Of a DNA stretch of 64,000 nucleotides, positions 25,917 through 35,567 are shown in pieces. How positions within the stretch are numbered: position 1 is the first letter of the stretch; every line of letters begins with the position of its first letter. The translations under genes and the position numbers were made by a program. Under the pieces are notes generated by a model. The model ran no database searches, was not told the DNA's origin, and saw only the letters and a list, made by a program, of their open reading frames with translations. Source of the DNA: Gemmatimonadaceae bacterium (lineage in GTDB: Bacteria; Gemmatimonadota; Gemmatimonadetes; Gemmatimonadales; Gemmatimonadaceae); assembly GCA_025928335.1 (NCBI GenBank), contig JAICJQ010000004.1, positions 6,228-70,227 of the forward strand. The letters run 5' to 3'.

Positions 25917-26360
25917 TCACTGCGCGTGACGACCGCCCGGTTCAGAGATTCGCTCGACAGTTTCGCCGGCGCGACTCGTGTCCTTTGTTTTTCGAAGCAC
26001 GTCCGCCTGCGACACGATGCCGACGAGAGATCCGCGTTCGTCGACGATCGGGATGCGGCGGACCTTCTCCGTGCGCATCGCGTCCATGACGTTGCCGACG
26101 TCGTCGTTCTCCTTGCACGTGGCGAGATCATCGGTCGACATGACATCACGGACGCGGCAGGTGCCGTCCTTTCCGTCGGCGATGCAGCGGATGGCGATGT
26201 CGCGATCGGTAACGACGCCAACGAGCTGCCGATCAGAACGTCCTTCGACGACAGGCACGATGCCGACGTCTTCCCGTTTCATCACCTGAGCTGCTTCTCG
26301 CACGCTCGCGTCGGCCGTGACGCAACTCGGATCCCTGGTCATGATATCCTGAATTTTCAT
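25917..26360 (-). CDS. CBS-pair domain protein
   Basis: MKIQDIMTRDPSCVTADASVREAAQVMKREDVGIVPVV, plus a second CBS repeat VRDVMSTDDLATCKENDDVGNVMDAMRTEKVRRIPIV. ATG 26360 has a GGGAGGAG RBS. Confidence 0.85.
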   Translation of the reverse strand: MKIQDIMTRDPSCVTADASVREAAQVMKREDVGIVPVVEGRSDRQLVGVVTDRDIAIRCIADGKDGTCRVRDVMSTDDLATCKENDDVGNVMDAMRTEKVRRIPIVDERGSLVGIVSQADVLRKTKDTSRAGETVERISEPGGRHAQ

Positions 26361-26519
26361 CGTGCTCCTCCCTGACAAATAGGCATCTCGTTTTCGGGGG
26401 CAAAGCGCATGCCGAGCAAGGATGCTCGGCTTTACAACGGGCGTCACGCGGTCTTAGCGTTGAAGCGACCTGCACCCGAGGAATTCCTGCCGCAACGCTC
26501 TCGCTCGCTCGCCCCCGAC

Positions 26520-27851
26520 ATGGCCGGGGCGACGAAATCCGACGTGCTCGAGCTCACCGAAAAGCTGAATGTGCGCTTCATGCGCCTTCAGTTCACGGAC
26601 ATCCTCGGTATCAACAAGAACGTCGAGATTCCGTCGACGCAGTTCGAGAAAGCCCTGGCCGGGGACATCATGTTCGACGGCTCGTCGATCGAGGGATTCG
26701 TTCGGATCGAAGAATCGGACATGCTGCTCGTGCCGGATCTGGAAACGTTCCTGGTGTATCCGTGGGGCGACGATGAGAACCGCATCTGCCGTCTCATCTG
26801 CGACATTCACCGCCCCAGCGGGGAGCCGTTCGTGGGCGATCCGCGTGGCCGACTGAAGGCGTTGCTTGCCAAAGCGAAAGCGCTCGGCTTCACGATGAAC
26901 GCGGGTATGGAAGCCGAGTTCTTCTTGTTCAAGCCGGGTGAGCAGGGCGAAGCGACCACGGCGACGCATGACGTCGGAGGGTACTTCGATCTGGCGCCGA
27001 CCGACCTCGGCGAAGACGCGCGGCGGGCGATGGTGGACACACTCGAGCGAATGGGGTTTGAGGTCGAGGCGGCTCACCACGAGGTCGCGCATGGGCAACA
27101 CGAGATCGACTTTCGATACGCCGACGCCCTGAAGACGGCGGATAATATCGCGACCTTCCGATTTGTCGTGAAGCACGTTGCCTCACGGTTCGGGCTGCTC
27201 GCGTCGTTCATGCCGAAGCCCATTTACGGGCAGAACGGCAGCGGGATGCATACACACCAATCGCTGTTTCGCGGAAAGGAAAACGCATTCTGGGATGGGG
27301 CGGCGGAGTGGGAGCTGTCGACGACCGCGCTGCACTACATCGGCGGATTGTTGCGGCACGCGCGGGGGATGTGCGCGATCACGAATCCGCTTGTCAATTC
27401 GTACAAGCGACTGGTGCCAGGGTACGAAGCGCCGGTGAATGTTGCGTGGTCGATGCGGAATCGGTCGCCGCTGATTCGAGTGCCCGACCGTCGCGGGCCG
27501 GGCACTCGCGTCGAGCTACGAATGCCGGATCCGGCCGCAAATCCATATCTCGCGTTGACGGTGATGCTCGCGGCCGGGCTGGACGGCATCGAAACGCGAG
27601 CGGACCACCGCGAGCCGGTGAACGAGAATATCTGGGAGATGAGCTTCCGCGAGAAACGGCGACTCCGCATCGACGATCTGCCGCACGACCTCAACGAAGC
27701 GTTGGACGAGCTCGAGAAGGATGACATGATCACCGACGCTCTGGGCAAGCATATCACGTCGCATTTCGTCGCCGCGAAGCGACAGGAATGGCGCGACTAC
27801 ATCACGCAGGTGAGTGCGTGGGAACTCGAGAGCTATCTGGCCAAATATTAG
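26520..27851 (+). CDS. glnA: Glutamine synthetase type I (GSI-alpha-like; no NLYDLP adenylylation motif seen)
   Basis: RFMRLQFTDILGINKNVEIP, MFDGSSIEGF, GMEAEFFLF, HHEVAHGQHEIDF, GSGMHTHQSL and NPLVNSYKRLVPGYEAP are all classic GS blocks. ATG 26520 is internal to listed ORF 26409..27851. Confidence 0.95.
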   Translation: MAGATKSDVLELTEKLNVRFMRLQFTDILGINKNVEIPSTQFEKALAGDIMFDGSSIEGFVRIEESDMLLVPDLETFLVYPWGDDENRICRLICDIHRPSGEPFVGDPRGRLKALLAKAKALGFTMNAGMEAEFFLFKPGEQGEATTATHDVGGYFDLAPTDLGEDARRAMVDTLERMGFEVEAAHHEVAHGQHEIDFRYADALKTADNIATFRFVVKHVASRFGLLASFMPKPIYGQNGSGMHTHQSLFRGKENAFWDGAAEWELSTTALHYIGGLLRHARGMCAITNPLVNSYKRLVPGYEAPVNVAWSMRNRSPLIRVPDRRGPGTRVELRMPDPAANPYLALTVMLAAGLDGIETRADHREPVNENIWEMSFREKRRLRIDDLPHDLNEALDELEKDDMITDALGKHITSHFVAAKRQEWRDYITQVSAWELESYLAKY

Positions 27852-27861
27852 GAATGGACCA

Positions 27862-28296
27862 GTGAATCAAGTCTCCATTCGGGACGCCGAAGAGCGAGAT
27901 GCGCCGGCCATTGCCGCGCTGTGCGGGCAGCTGGGATATCCGACTCCGACTGAGTCGGTCGTACCGCGAATCGACCGGCTGCGAGAATACGCGCAGGCCC
28001 GTGTGATCGTCGCCGTGGTCGAGGGCTCGCCGGTTGGCCTCGCGACGATCCACCTGCGGCACATGATCAATCACGAGGCACCGATCGGTCAGCTGACGTT
28101 GCTCGTCGTCGACGAGCGCGTGCGCGGCCAGGGCGTCGGGCGGGTCCTCGTGGCCGAATCGGAGGCGTGGGCGCGTGCGCGCGGGTGCAAGCGATTCGTC
28201 GTCACGACGGCGCTGCGGCGTACGGAGGCGCACGCGTTTTATGAGAAGCTTGGCTTTACCCATACCGGTCGCCGGTACGGGAAGGATTTCTCGTAG
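27862..28296 (+). CDS. GNAT-family N-acetyltransferase
   Basis: Acetyl-CoA-binding motif A LLVVDERVRGQGVGRVLV, then AHAFYEKLGF. GTG 27862 lies 10 nt after the glnA stop. Confidence 0.8.
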   Translation: MNQVSIRDAEERDAPAIAALCGQLGYPTPTESVVPRIDRLREYAQARVIVAVVEGSPVGLATIHLRHMINHEAPIGQLTLLVVDERVRGQGVGRVLVAESEAWARARGCKRFVVTTALRRTEAHAFYEKLGFTHTGRRYGKDFS

Positions 28297-28308
28297 AGAA
28301 ACGAGGGC

Positions 28309-29151
28309 GTGATGAACATGTGGCCGCGACGCGTTGTGATGATGGGCGTGATTGCCAGCGCATCACTCGCGATGGGACGGAGCGCCCCGAGCTACGAGGT
28401 GTACGGGATCCGATACGCGACGATCCCCAACTTTCGCGTATCGAGCCTCATCCAAGGTGCGGACACCACCCGCCGTCTCGACATTGCGATGATGGTGTGG
28501 CTGCTCAAGGGGTCGGATGGCCGCAACGTGGTCGTGGACGCGGGATTTCATCGCGCGGATTTCGTGACCCGATGGAAGCCGACGAACTTCGTCCCGCCGA
28601 GCGAAGCGCTAGAACGCGCGGGGGTGAAGGCGGACGACGTCACGGACGTCATCATCTCACACATCCACTGGGATCACCTGGACGGCATCGATCTCTTTCC
28701 GAAGGCACGGGTGTGGATCCAACGCGAGGAGTTTGAATACCACCTGGATTCAGCGGGCACAGTGCGCAACCGTGCCATCGACGCCGGCGACGCGAAAATC
28801 CTCGCGGAGATTGCTCGGCGGGGTCGACTGATGCTCGTCGACGGCGACGCGAAGGAGATCATTCCGGGCATTACGGTCTATACCGGCGGAAAGCACACCT
28901 ACGCATCGCAGTTCGCCGCGGTGAAGAGCGGCGCAAATACTGTCGTCGTCGCGTCGGACAACTTGTATCTCTACGAGAACCTGGCGCGGCGAGTACCCAT
29001 CGCGCAGACGCTCGACGCTGCGTCGAATGTGAAGGCGCAGGGGCGTATGCTGAGCCTCGCGAGCGACCCGCGGCTTATCGTGCCCGGACACGATCCCGAG
29101 GTATTTGCCCGGTTCGCAGAACCAGGGAACGGAGTCGCCTGGATCCACTGA
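28309..29151 (+). CDS. MBL-fold metallo-hydrolase (lactonase-like), secreted
   Basis: Signal peptide VVMMGVIASASLAMG. HxHxDH motif ISHIHWDHLDG. Later ligands GGKHTY and VPGHD. Confidence 0.85.
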   Translation: MMNMWPRRVVMMGVIASASLAMGRSAPSYEVYGIRYATIPNFRVSSLIQGADTTRRLDIAMMVWLLKGSDGRNVVVDAGFHRADFVTRWKPTNFVPPSEALERAGVKADDVTDVIISHIHWDHLDGIDLFPKARVWIQREEFEYHLDSAGTVRNRAIDAGDAKILAEIARRGRLMLVDGDAKEIIPGITVYTGGKHTYASQFAAVKSGANTVVVASDNLYLYENLARRVPIAQTLDAASNVKAQGRMLSLASDPRLIVPGHDPEVFARFAEPGNGVAWIH

Positions 29152-29215
29152 CGCGCGACGTGAGAAGCGCGCTGTAGCGCGGCTTAAACGGCCGCAGTGG
29201 GCGGGGCGACCGCGA

Positions 29216-31036
29216 CTACGGAATCATGACACCGTCGCGGCGCTGCTCGGACGGTTTTGGCGCCTGCTCGTGGTCGGTGCGCCCGAGATTGAATGCCGTG
29301 CTGAGGAGAGCAATATGCGAGAACGCCTGCGGAAAATTGCCGGCCTGCCGCTGCAACCGGGGATCGTACTCCTCGGCCAGCAGTCCGACGTCGTTGCGCA
29401 ATGACAAGAGCCGCTCGAACAACCGAACCGCATCCGCACGACGGCCGAGCAGGATGTAGTTGTCGGCGAGCCAGAAACTGCACGCGAGAAAGGCGCCTTC
29501 GCCCTCGGGCAGTCCGTCGTCGGTGGCGGCGCTGTCGTAGCGAAGAACGAAGCCGTCGACGAGCAGGTGCTTCTCTACGTACTCGACGGTTCCACGCACG
29601 CGAGGATCGCTCGGAGGCAGAAAGCCGACGAGTGGAATGAGCAGCACGCTCGCATCGGCGAGCTTTGAACCGTACGACTGGACGAAGGCGTTGACGCTCG
29701 GGTTGAACGCTTTCGCGCAGACGTCGGCGTGGATCTTGTCGCGCAGGGCGCGCCAATGGTCGAGTGGGCCGTCGAGGCCGAACATCTTGGCGCTCTTGAT
29801 GGCGCGGTCGAAGGCGACCCAGGCCATGACCTTGGAGTGGGTGAACTGCTGCGGCGTGCCGCGGACTTCCCAGATGCTCTGGTCGGGCTGATCCCAGATC
29901 TGTTCGAGCCGTTTGGCGAGCGCTTTCTCGAGCGACCACGCCTCCCCGATCTCCTTGATCTGGCCCATGCGCGCCTGGTGGAGCGCATCCATCACCTCGC
30001 CGTACACGTCGAGCTGCAGCTGTTCGTGCGCCGCGTTGCCGACCCGGACCGGTTTAGAGTTTTCATAACCAGGCAGCCAGGGAAGCTCCCATTCGCGAAG
30101 CAAGCGCTCGCCGGCAATTCCGTACATGATCTGCGCCTGATTGGGGCTGCCCGCCGCGGCGCGAAGCAGCCAGTCACGCCACGCCTCCGCTTCCCGGAAA
30201 TAGCCGGCGTCCATGAGGGCGAGGAGAGTGAGCGTGGCATCGCGCAACCAGCAAAAACGATAGTCCCAGTTTCGGACACCCCCGATCTGCTCCGGAAGCG
30301 ACGTGGTCGGCGCGGCGACGATACCGCCGGTGGGGGCGTACGTCAGGGCCTTGAGCGTGAGCAGCGAACGCATCACGGGCTCTCGCCACTCGCCGCGATA
30401 CGTGCAGACACCGGCCCAGTGCGTCCAGAACTGCTCCGTCGTGCGGAGAACCTTGTCCGGATCGGCGGTCTTCGGTGGCTGCTGGTGTGACGGCGCCCAG
30501 GTCATGACGAAGGACACGCGCTCACCCTCGCCCACCGTGAATTCGCCAACGGTCGTGAGATCCTTCCCGCGCAGCTCGATGTCGGACTTGACGACGACCA
30601 TGTCCGGGCCCGCGATGGCGCGCAGCGAACTGTCGTCGAGGCGGCTCACCCATGGCACGAGTGACCCGTACTCGAATCGGAAGATGAGCTGCGTATGCAT
30701 CGCGACGCGCCCACGCAGCCCGACGACAGTTCGTACGACGTTCGATCGATGGTCGCGCAGCGGCATGAAGTCGATGACGCGTACGGCGCCATCGCCGGTT
30801 TCGTAATCCGTCTCGAGGATCAACGTGTCGCCGCGATAGCGGCGCGACACACGGGCATCCGTGTCGACGGGCGCGAGCAGCCAACGACCATTCTCCGGAG
30901 TGCCAAGCAGCGCGGCGAAGCAGGCGCCGGAATCGAAGCGCGGCCAACAGAGCCAATCGATGGATCCATGGCGTGACACGAGCGCCGCCGTCTCGCAGTC
31001 CCCGATGAGCGCATAGTCTTCGATCCGGTCCGCCAT
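29216..31036 (-). CDS. Glycoside hydrolase family 15 (glucoamylase/trehalase-type)
   Basis: N-terminal IEDYALIGDCETAALVSRHGSIDWLCWPRFDS. Catalytic-domain blocks NWDYRFCWLRDA, IWEVRG and FLACSFWLA. Confidence 0.9.
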   Translation of the reverse strand: MADRIEDYALIGDCETAALVSRHGSIDWLCWPRFDSGACFAALLGTPENGRWLLAPVDTDARVSRRYRGDTLILETDYETGDGAVRVIDFMPLRDHRSNVVRTVVGLRGRVAMHTQLIFRFEYGSLVPWVSRLDDSSLRAIAGPDMVVVKSDIELRGKDLTTVGEFTVGEGERVSFVMTWAPSHQQPPKTADPDKVLRTTEQFWTHWAGVCTYRGEWREPVMRSLLTLKALTYAPTGGIVAAPTTSLPEQIGGVRNWDYRFCWLRDATLTLLALMDAGYFREAEAWRDWLLRAAAGSPNQAQIMYGIAGERLLREWELPWLPGYENSKPVRVGNAAHEQLQLDVYGEVMDALHQARMGQIKEIGEAWSLEKALAKRLEQIWDQPDQSIWEVRGTPQQFTHSKVMAWVAFDRAIKSAKMFGLDGPLDHWRALRDKIHADVCAKAFNPSVNAFVQSYGSKLADASVLLIPLVGFLPPSDPRVRGTVEYVEKHLLVDGFVLRYDSAATDDGLPEGEGAFLACSFWLADNYILLGRRADAVRLFERLLSLRNDVGLLAEEYDPRLQRQAGNFPQAFSHIALLSTAFNLGRTDHEQAPKPSEQRRDGVMIP

Positions 31037-31045
31037 GTCGCGCGC

Positions 31046-32119
31046 CTAGTCCAAGCCCACGGCTTTCGTGTCGAAGAGCACGACGGTCTTGATGTCGTCG
31101 GGATGACGTACGAAGGCGTCCTTCCAGCGGTCCACCGGAACGCGCTTCGTGATCAGCCGGTGTAGCCAATCGCGATCCGCGTTCGCCAAAGCGGCGATAG
31201 CCGCCTCGTAGTGGCGGCGATTGGCATTTACAGATCCGAAGATCACGCGGTTGTCGAGGACAACCTCTCTGTTGAGCGAACCGAGATCGACGGACCGCAC
31301 GCCGCCGCTTTCGGACACGCCGAGGAGACACACCAAGCCGTCGGCCGTGCTTCGGTTGAGCACCTCGGCGATCACAGTGGGCGCGCCGGTGCACTCGATG
31401 ATGACGTCAAAGTCGCCGGGCACGGAGTCGAAGGAACCGTTGCAGTAGGTAGCCCCCAAGTCGCGCACGATGTCCGGCTTCGGTCCCTCACTGGCGAGAT
31501 CGAAGACATGGACCTCGAGACCGCGCTGCTTACCGAGCAGCGCGGCGAGCAGGCCGACAGGACCGGCCCCGGTGACGAGAACTGATCGCGGTTGCCACCG
31601 CGCGCGTTGGCCGATGCGCTCACAATGCTCCCAGGCTTTCGCAACGACGCTCGTGGGCTCGGTCAGCACGCCGGCGAGTCCAAGCTTCGCCGTGCCGGGC
31701 ACGACAAATGAAGGTTCGATGCGCCAAAATTCCGAACCAAAGCCGTCGAGCGACTTGATGCCATGCTCCGTATAGCGACCATTTCGACACATATCCCACT
31801 CGCCGACGGCGCAGTTCGCGCAGGGGACGGGATCGGGGTGTCGAACGATGCCGACAACCATGTCGCCGGCGCGGAGCTTGGAATCCTTTGGCGCCTCCTC
31901 GACGACGCCGAGCGACTCATGTCCAATGATCAGGCGCTTATGACCGGGCGGCGCGGCGCCGTATTCGCCGGCAATGATTTCGCGGTCAGTTCCGCAGACG
32001 CCGAGCGCGACAGCGCGTACAAGTACCGATCCGCGGTCGGCGGACGGTATTTGAAACTCTTCGAGCCGAAGCGAATCGGGAATTCCCGGCTCGACCGTCA
32101 GCGATCGCATGGAAGGCAC
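31046..32119 (-). CDS. Zinc-dependent MDR-family glucose 1-dehydrogenase (archaeal-type Gdh-like)
   Basis: GVCGTDREIIAGEYG and GHESLGVV zinc-site blocks. Structural-zinc Cys cluster PVPCANCAVGEWDMC. Rossmann motif VTGAGPVGLLAA. It ends 9 nt upstream of the GH15 start. Confidence 0.75.
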   Translation of the reverse strand: MPSMRSLTVEPGIPDSLRLEEFQIPSADRGSVLVRAVALGVCGTDREIIAGEYGAAPPGHKRLIIGHESLGVVEEAPKDSKLRAGDMVVGIVRHPDPVPCANCAVGEWDMCRNGRYTEHGIKSLDGFGSEFWRIEPSFVVPGTAKLGLAGVLTEPTSVVAKAWEHCERIGQRARWQPRSVLVTGAGPVGLLAALLGKQRGLEVHVFDLASEGPKPDIVRDLGATYCNGSFDSVPGDFDVIIECTGAPTVIAEVLNRSTADGLVCLLGVSESGGVRSVDLGSLNREVVLDNRVIFGSVNANRRHYEAAIAALANADRDWLHRLITKRVPVDRWKDAFVRHPDDIKTVVLFDTKAVGLD

Positions 32120-32200
32120 GCCGACGGTCTCTGCAGAAAGCGCACCGCGATCAGACGTTCGGGCGATTGGGCGATCGGGCAGCTCGGCCGGCGAGACTAA

Positions 32201-32719
32201 ATGGCGGGCGACGCGAGCGGGCTACGAGTCATTGTTGTCATGGGTGTCGCGGGCGCCGGGAAGACGCTCGTGGGCTCAACGCTGGCACGAGCGCTCGGAT
32301 GGGCGTTCTACGACGCGGACGATTTTCATTCGCCCGCCAACGTGGCGAAGATGCATCGCGGGATCGGCCTCACGGACGCCGACCGAGCACCGTGGTTGGC
32401 CAGTTTGCGTGACATGATCGAGCGAGTGATCCGCGACGGCAGACACGCCGTGCTGGCCTGCTCGGCGCTCAAGGAGTCGTATCGGAGAACGCTCACGCCA
32501 GATGACGCGCCGACGGGAACGGTGCGCTTTGTCTATCTTGACGTACCAGCGGACGTGCTGCGCTATCGCCTCGAACATCGCCCTCGTCATTTCGCGCCGC
32601 CCGAATTGCTCAGCAGTCAACTCGCGACGTTGGAGCGGCCGCGCGACGCGACGTGTGTAGACGGGACTCTTCCCCCGGAAGAGATCGTTCGCGTCGTGCG
32701 CTCGGAGCTCAGCGTCTAG
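32201..32719 (+). CDS. gntK: Gluconokinase (GntK, shikimate-kinase-like P-loop)
   Basis: VMGVAGAGKTLVGSTLARALGWAFYDADDFHSPANVAKMHRGIGLTDADRAPWL is near-textbook GntK. Confidence 0.85.
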   Translation: MAGDASGLRVIVVMGVAGAGKTLVGSTLARALGWAFYDADDFHSPANVAKMHRGIGLTDADRAPWLASLRDMIERVIRDGRHAVLACSALKESYRRTLTPDDAPTGTVRFVYLDVPADVLRYRLEHRPRHFAPPELLSSQLATLERPRDATCVDGTLPPEEIVRVVRSELSV

Positions 32720-33426
32720 CGATTCGAGCCCGCGTGGCTGGCGACGCCGTTTCCGCCATTGACGAAGGCTACCAATGCCGTGATCTCGCGTGGGTCGAGC
32801 CCAAGTCGCGGCATGCGGACGTAGGTCGTGCCGCCGATGCCGCTCTTCGGGTTCTGGGAGAGCGGGCTTTTGTCTGGATCATCGAGGAAGGCAGCGAGAA
32901 CCTCAGGCACGTAGCGGCGTCCCGTGAGGTTTGGCCCCACGCTGGTCGTCTCCCAGTCCGACGTCTCGGGATGCACGTGACAGGTGATGCATCCTTTTGC
33001 GACGAAGAGGTGCTTGCCACGAAGCGCATCGCGCATAGGCCGCGGCGCGGCAGCGCCGGACGCGACTACCTGCAGCGGCATGAGCGGCGTGGACTTCGTG
33101 CCGTTCATGAAACCGGAGCGGATATCGATGGTCCACGCGCCTTCACGGGGCAGCGTCATGGTCGCGGCGTAATGCCCGTTTGCCGTCGTGCTGGTCTTCG
33201 CCTCGATTACTGCGGAGCCGCTTCGCGCGAAGACGTACGGTCGCAAATCGTTGAGTGGAGTCATGCCGTGCTGTCGAACCGCAAACGTCAGTGTCATCGG
33301 CGTTCCCGCCACCGCGTACTCGGGGAGCGAATCCACGGTGACGACAATCCACCCGCCAAAGGCGAAGGCGGCTGGCGGAAGAGCGATGAGCGCGAGTGTC
33401 GTGATGCGAATCGAGCGACGGCACAT
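32716..33426 (-). CDS. Secreted c-type cytochrome with N-terminal Ig-like (YtkA/FixH-like) domain
   Basis: Signal ITTLALIALPPAAFA. Heme motif CITCH (CxxCH). Distal Met candidate in YVRMPRLG. Its stop shares CTAG with the gntK stop. Confidence 0.75.
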   Translation of the reverse strand: MCRRSIRITTLALIALPPAAFAFGGWIVVTVDSLPEYAVAGTPMTLTFAVRQHGMTPLNDLRPYVFARSGSAVIEAKTSTTANGHYAATMTLPREGAWTIDIRSGFMNGTKSTPLMPLQVVASGAAAPRPMRDALRGKHLFVAKGCITCHVHPETSDWETTSVGPNLTGRRYVPEVLAAFLDDPDKSPLSQNPKSGIGGTTYVRMPRLGLDPREITALVAFVNGGNGVASHAGSNR

Positions 33427-33450
33427 GGGACCTCCCGATCCTGCCTCGAG

Positions 33451-35496
33451 TTAGCCGCACGACGCTCGACCCCTCCCTTGACCGCGAGTGTCGGTCGCCG
33501 TGGGCGGCGCCGAGGCGCGCGGCCAGACGTTGTCCGACGGATCATGGTCGGGGAAACGGCAGTGCGGATCCAGAGTGACCTTTTCGACCTTTCGGCCTCC
33601 CAATTGGATGTCCGCTTTGAAGGTTTTGCTTACACCGCTGAACCACACGTCGACTGGATAGGTGACCACGACGGTGTCACCAGCGACGCTTGCGTTCGCC
33701 GGGGCTTTGATCGGCGCGTTGCCGGGCGCGAGCTGCAGCTTGAGGACGATCGGCGATGGCATCTGCCCGTCCTGCTTGACGGTGACGATGGTGTGGGCGC
33801 CGTTCGTCGTCACATTCTGGATGGAGCCGTCGACGGATTCGGTGGTGAAGAGCCAGTAGTACCAAAACCAGCCGAGGTCACGATGCAGCGCGTTGCTCAT
33901 GAAGAAGGCGTAGTCCCAGGGCGACGGATGTTTGAAGCGCCAGGCTTTCGCATACTCTGATTGCGCGCGCCAGACGGCCGTATCGCCGACGATCGCGCCG
34001 AGCATGGAGAGCATGAGCGGGGTTTTGGAGTACGCCTGGAAGGAGTAGAGCGGTCCGCCGAAGTTCTCGTTCCACATGAGCGATCCTTCTCGCTCATCTC
34101 CACTCGTGCGGCCGTATGATTGCCCGAGGCCGTCGAGGTCGGGCGGGCGATGCGCCGCGTCGGCGGCGGAGAGGATATTCATGTACTGGTTGAACCCTTC
34201 GTCCATCCAGCCATACCAGGTTTCGTTGTTGCTGACCATCATCGGCCACCATTGGTGACCAGTCTCGTGATCGGCGGGACCGTCGTTGGACATGACGAGC
34301 ATGGGATACTCCATGCCGTTGTCCGGACCGTCGACCATTGTGTGTTGAGGAAACGCGTCGGGCATCCAGAGTTTGGAGTAGAACTCGAGCGCGTGGCGAA
34401 GAATCGGACCGGAGGTGGAGAATTGTGCCGCGCGGCCCGGCAAGTAGTAGACGTTGACGGGAATGGCACCGCGGCCGGGGATGGTTGCGCGCGTGGCCTG
34501 CCACACCCAGTGACGGGCGGTGGCCCAGGCGAAATCGTTCACGGTGTCGGCGACGAAGTGCCAGACTTGGCGGTCGCCGCCGGCGGGCGACGCGAGTGTC
34601 TCGTCTGGACCGACGATGGTCCGCGTCGAATCCGATGAAAGCACGTGCGACAAACGCTCGCGCGCGGTTGCGGATAGGACCTGCGTGGGGTTCTGAAGGA
34701 CTCCGGTGGCGCCAACGATCCAGCCCGACGGCACGTCGATGCTGACATCGAAGCGACCGAAGTTATTGTAAAACTCAGCGGGCCCGAGATAGGGCTCGGT
34801 GTCCCAGCCGCGAAGATCATCGAAGACCGCGACGCGCGGGTACCATTGCGCGACTTGATAGAGCGAGTCGCCCCACCGCAGTGTCATGCGGTGGCCGGCG
34901 CCTGGGCCGCCGGCGAGCTTGTTGTGCCACTCGATCTCGATGGTGGCGACACCCTTCGGCGCGATCGGGCTCGGGAGATTCAAACGCGCCGACGTGGTAT
35001 GGAGGCCACTGATCGAAGGCCCGCCGGTCGGTTGCACCCCGCCGCGCCCGCGTCCCATCGATTGCGCGTTGAGATCGACGGTGGATCCGTCAACCTTGAA
35101 TTCCGTAATCACGAAGCCGTCGTGATTTTCGGCTGGAGTGGATGCGCCGCGCGGGACGTCGCCGCGGAAGATGTTTTGATCGAGGCGGAATTGGATCGAT
35201 GAGAGGGGAGTGTCGCTGTTGTTGTGCAGCTTGATCGTTTCGCGTCCGGCGATCGTGGAGGTCGCGGGCTCGAGGCGAACGTTGATGGTGTAATCCATCC
35301 AGAGCTGCCAATAGTTTCGTCCGGGGCGACCTGTGGAATCGCGCGTTCCGACGGCGAGCGCGTGTCGAATCGCGTTCGTGAGTGGGATATCACGACGGAT
35401 GGCGCGCGTCGGCGCCTGGGCGACCGCGCCGGTGCCGGCAAGGGGCGGAAAAACGATCGTGGCGACGAGCGCCGCGAACGCGGAACGACGTTTCAC
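33451..35496 (-). CDS. M1-family zinc metallopeptidase (second paralog), secreted
   Basis: HETGHQWW (HExxH) plus WMDEGFNQY. GTG start with GGAG 8 nt upstream. Signal KRRSAFAALVATIVFPPLAGTGAVAQA. Confidence 0.9.
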   Translation of the reverse strand: MKRRSAFAALVATIVFPPLAGTGAVAQAPTRAIRRDIPLTNAIRHALAVGTRDSTGRPGRNYWQLWMDYTINVRLEPATSTIAGRETIKLHNNSDTPLSSIQFRLDQNIFRGDVPRGASTPAENHDGFVITEFKVDGSTVDLNAQSMGRGRGGVQPTGGPSISGLHTTSARLNLPSPIAPKGVATIEIEWHNKLAGGPGAGHRMTLRWGDSLYQVAQWYPRVAVFDDLRGWDTEPYLGPAEFYNNFGRFDVSIDVPSGWIVGATGVLQNPTQVLSATARERLSHVLSSDSTRTIVGPDETLASPAGGDRQVWHFVADTVNDFAWATARHWVWQATRATIPGRGAIPVNVYYLPGRAAQFSTSGPILRHALEFYSKLWMPDAFPQHTMVDGPDNGMEYPMLVMSNDGPADHETGHQWWPMMVSNNETWYGWMDEGFNQYMNILSAADAAHRPPDLDGLGQSYGRTSGDEREGSLMWNENFGGPLYSFQAYSKTPLMLSMLGAIVGDTAVWRAQSEYAKAWRFKHPSPWDYAFFMSNALHRDLGWFWYYWLFTTESVDGSIQNVTTNGAHTIVTVKQDGQMPSPIVLKLQLAPGNAPIKAPANASVAGDTVVVTYPVDVWFSGVSKTFKADIQLGGRKVEKVTLDPHCRFPDHDPSDNVWPRASAPPTATDTRGQGRGRASCG

Positions 35497-35567
35497 GTGT
35501 TCGACTCCGGTCTGGGAGAGCTCGAGGAACGGCTTCGGATTCTACATCATCGGCGCATGAAAGCCAT

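Noticed and set aside
32653-33960. 435-aa + strand ORF
   Set aside because: It spans the convergent cytochrome c gene and the 3' end of the second M1 peptidase gene on the opposite strand. It is Arg-rich and matches no domain.
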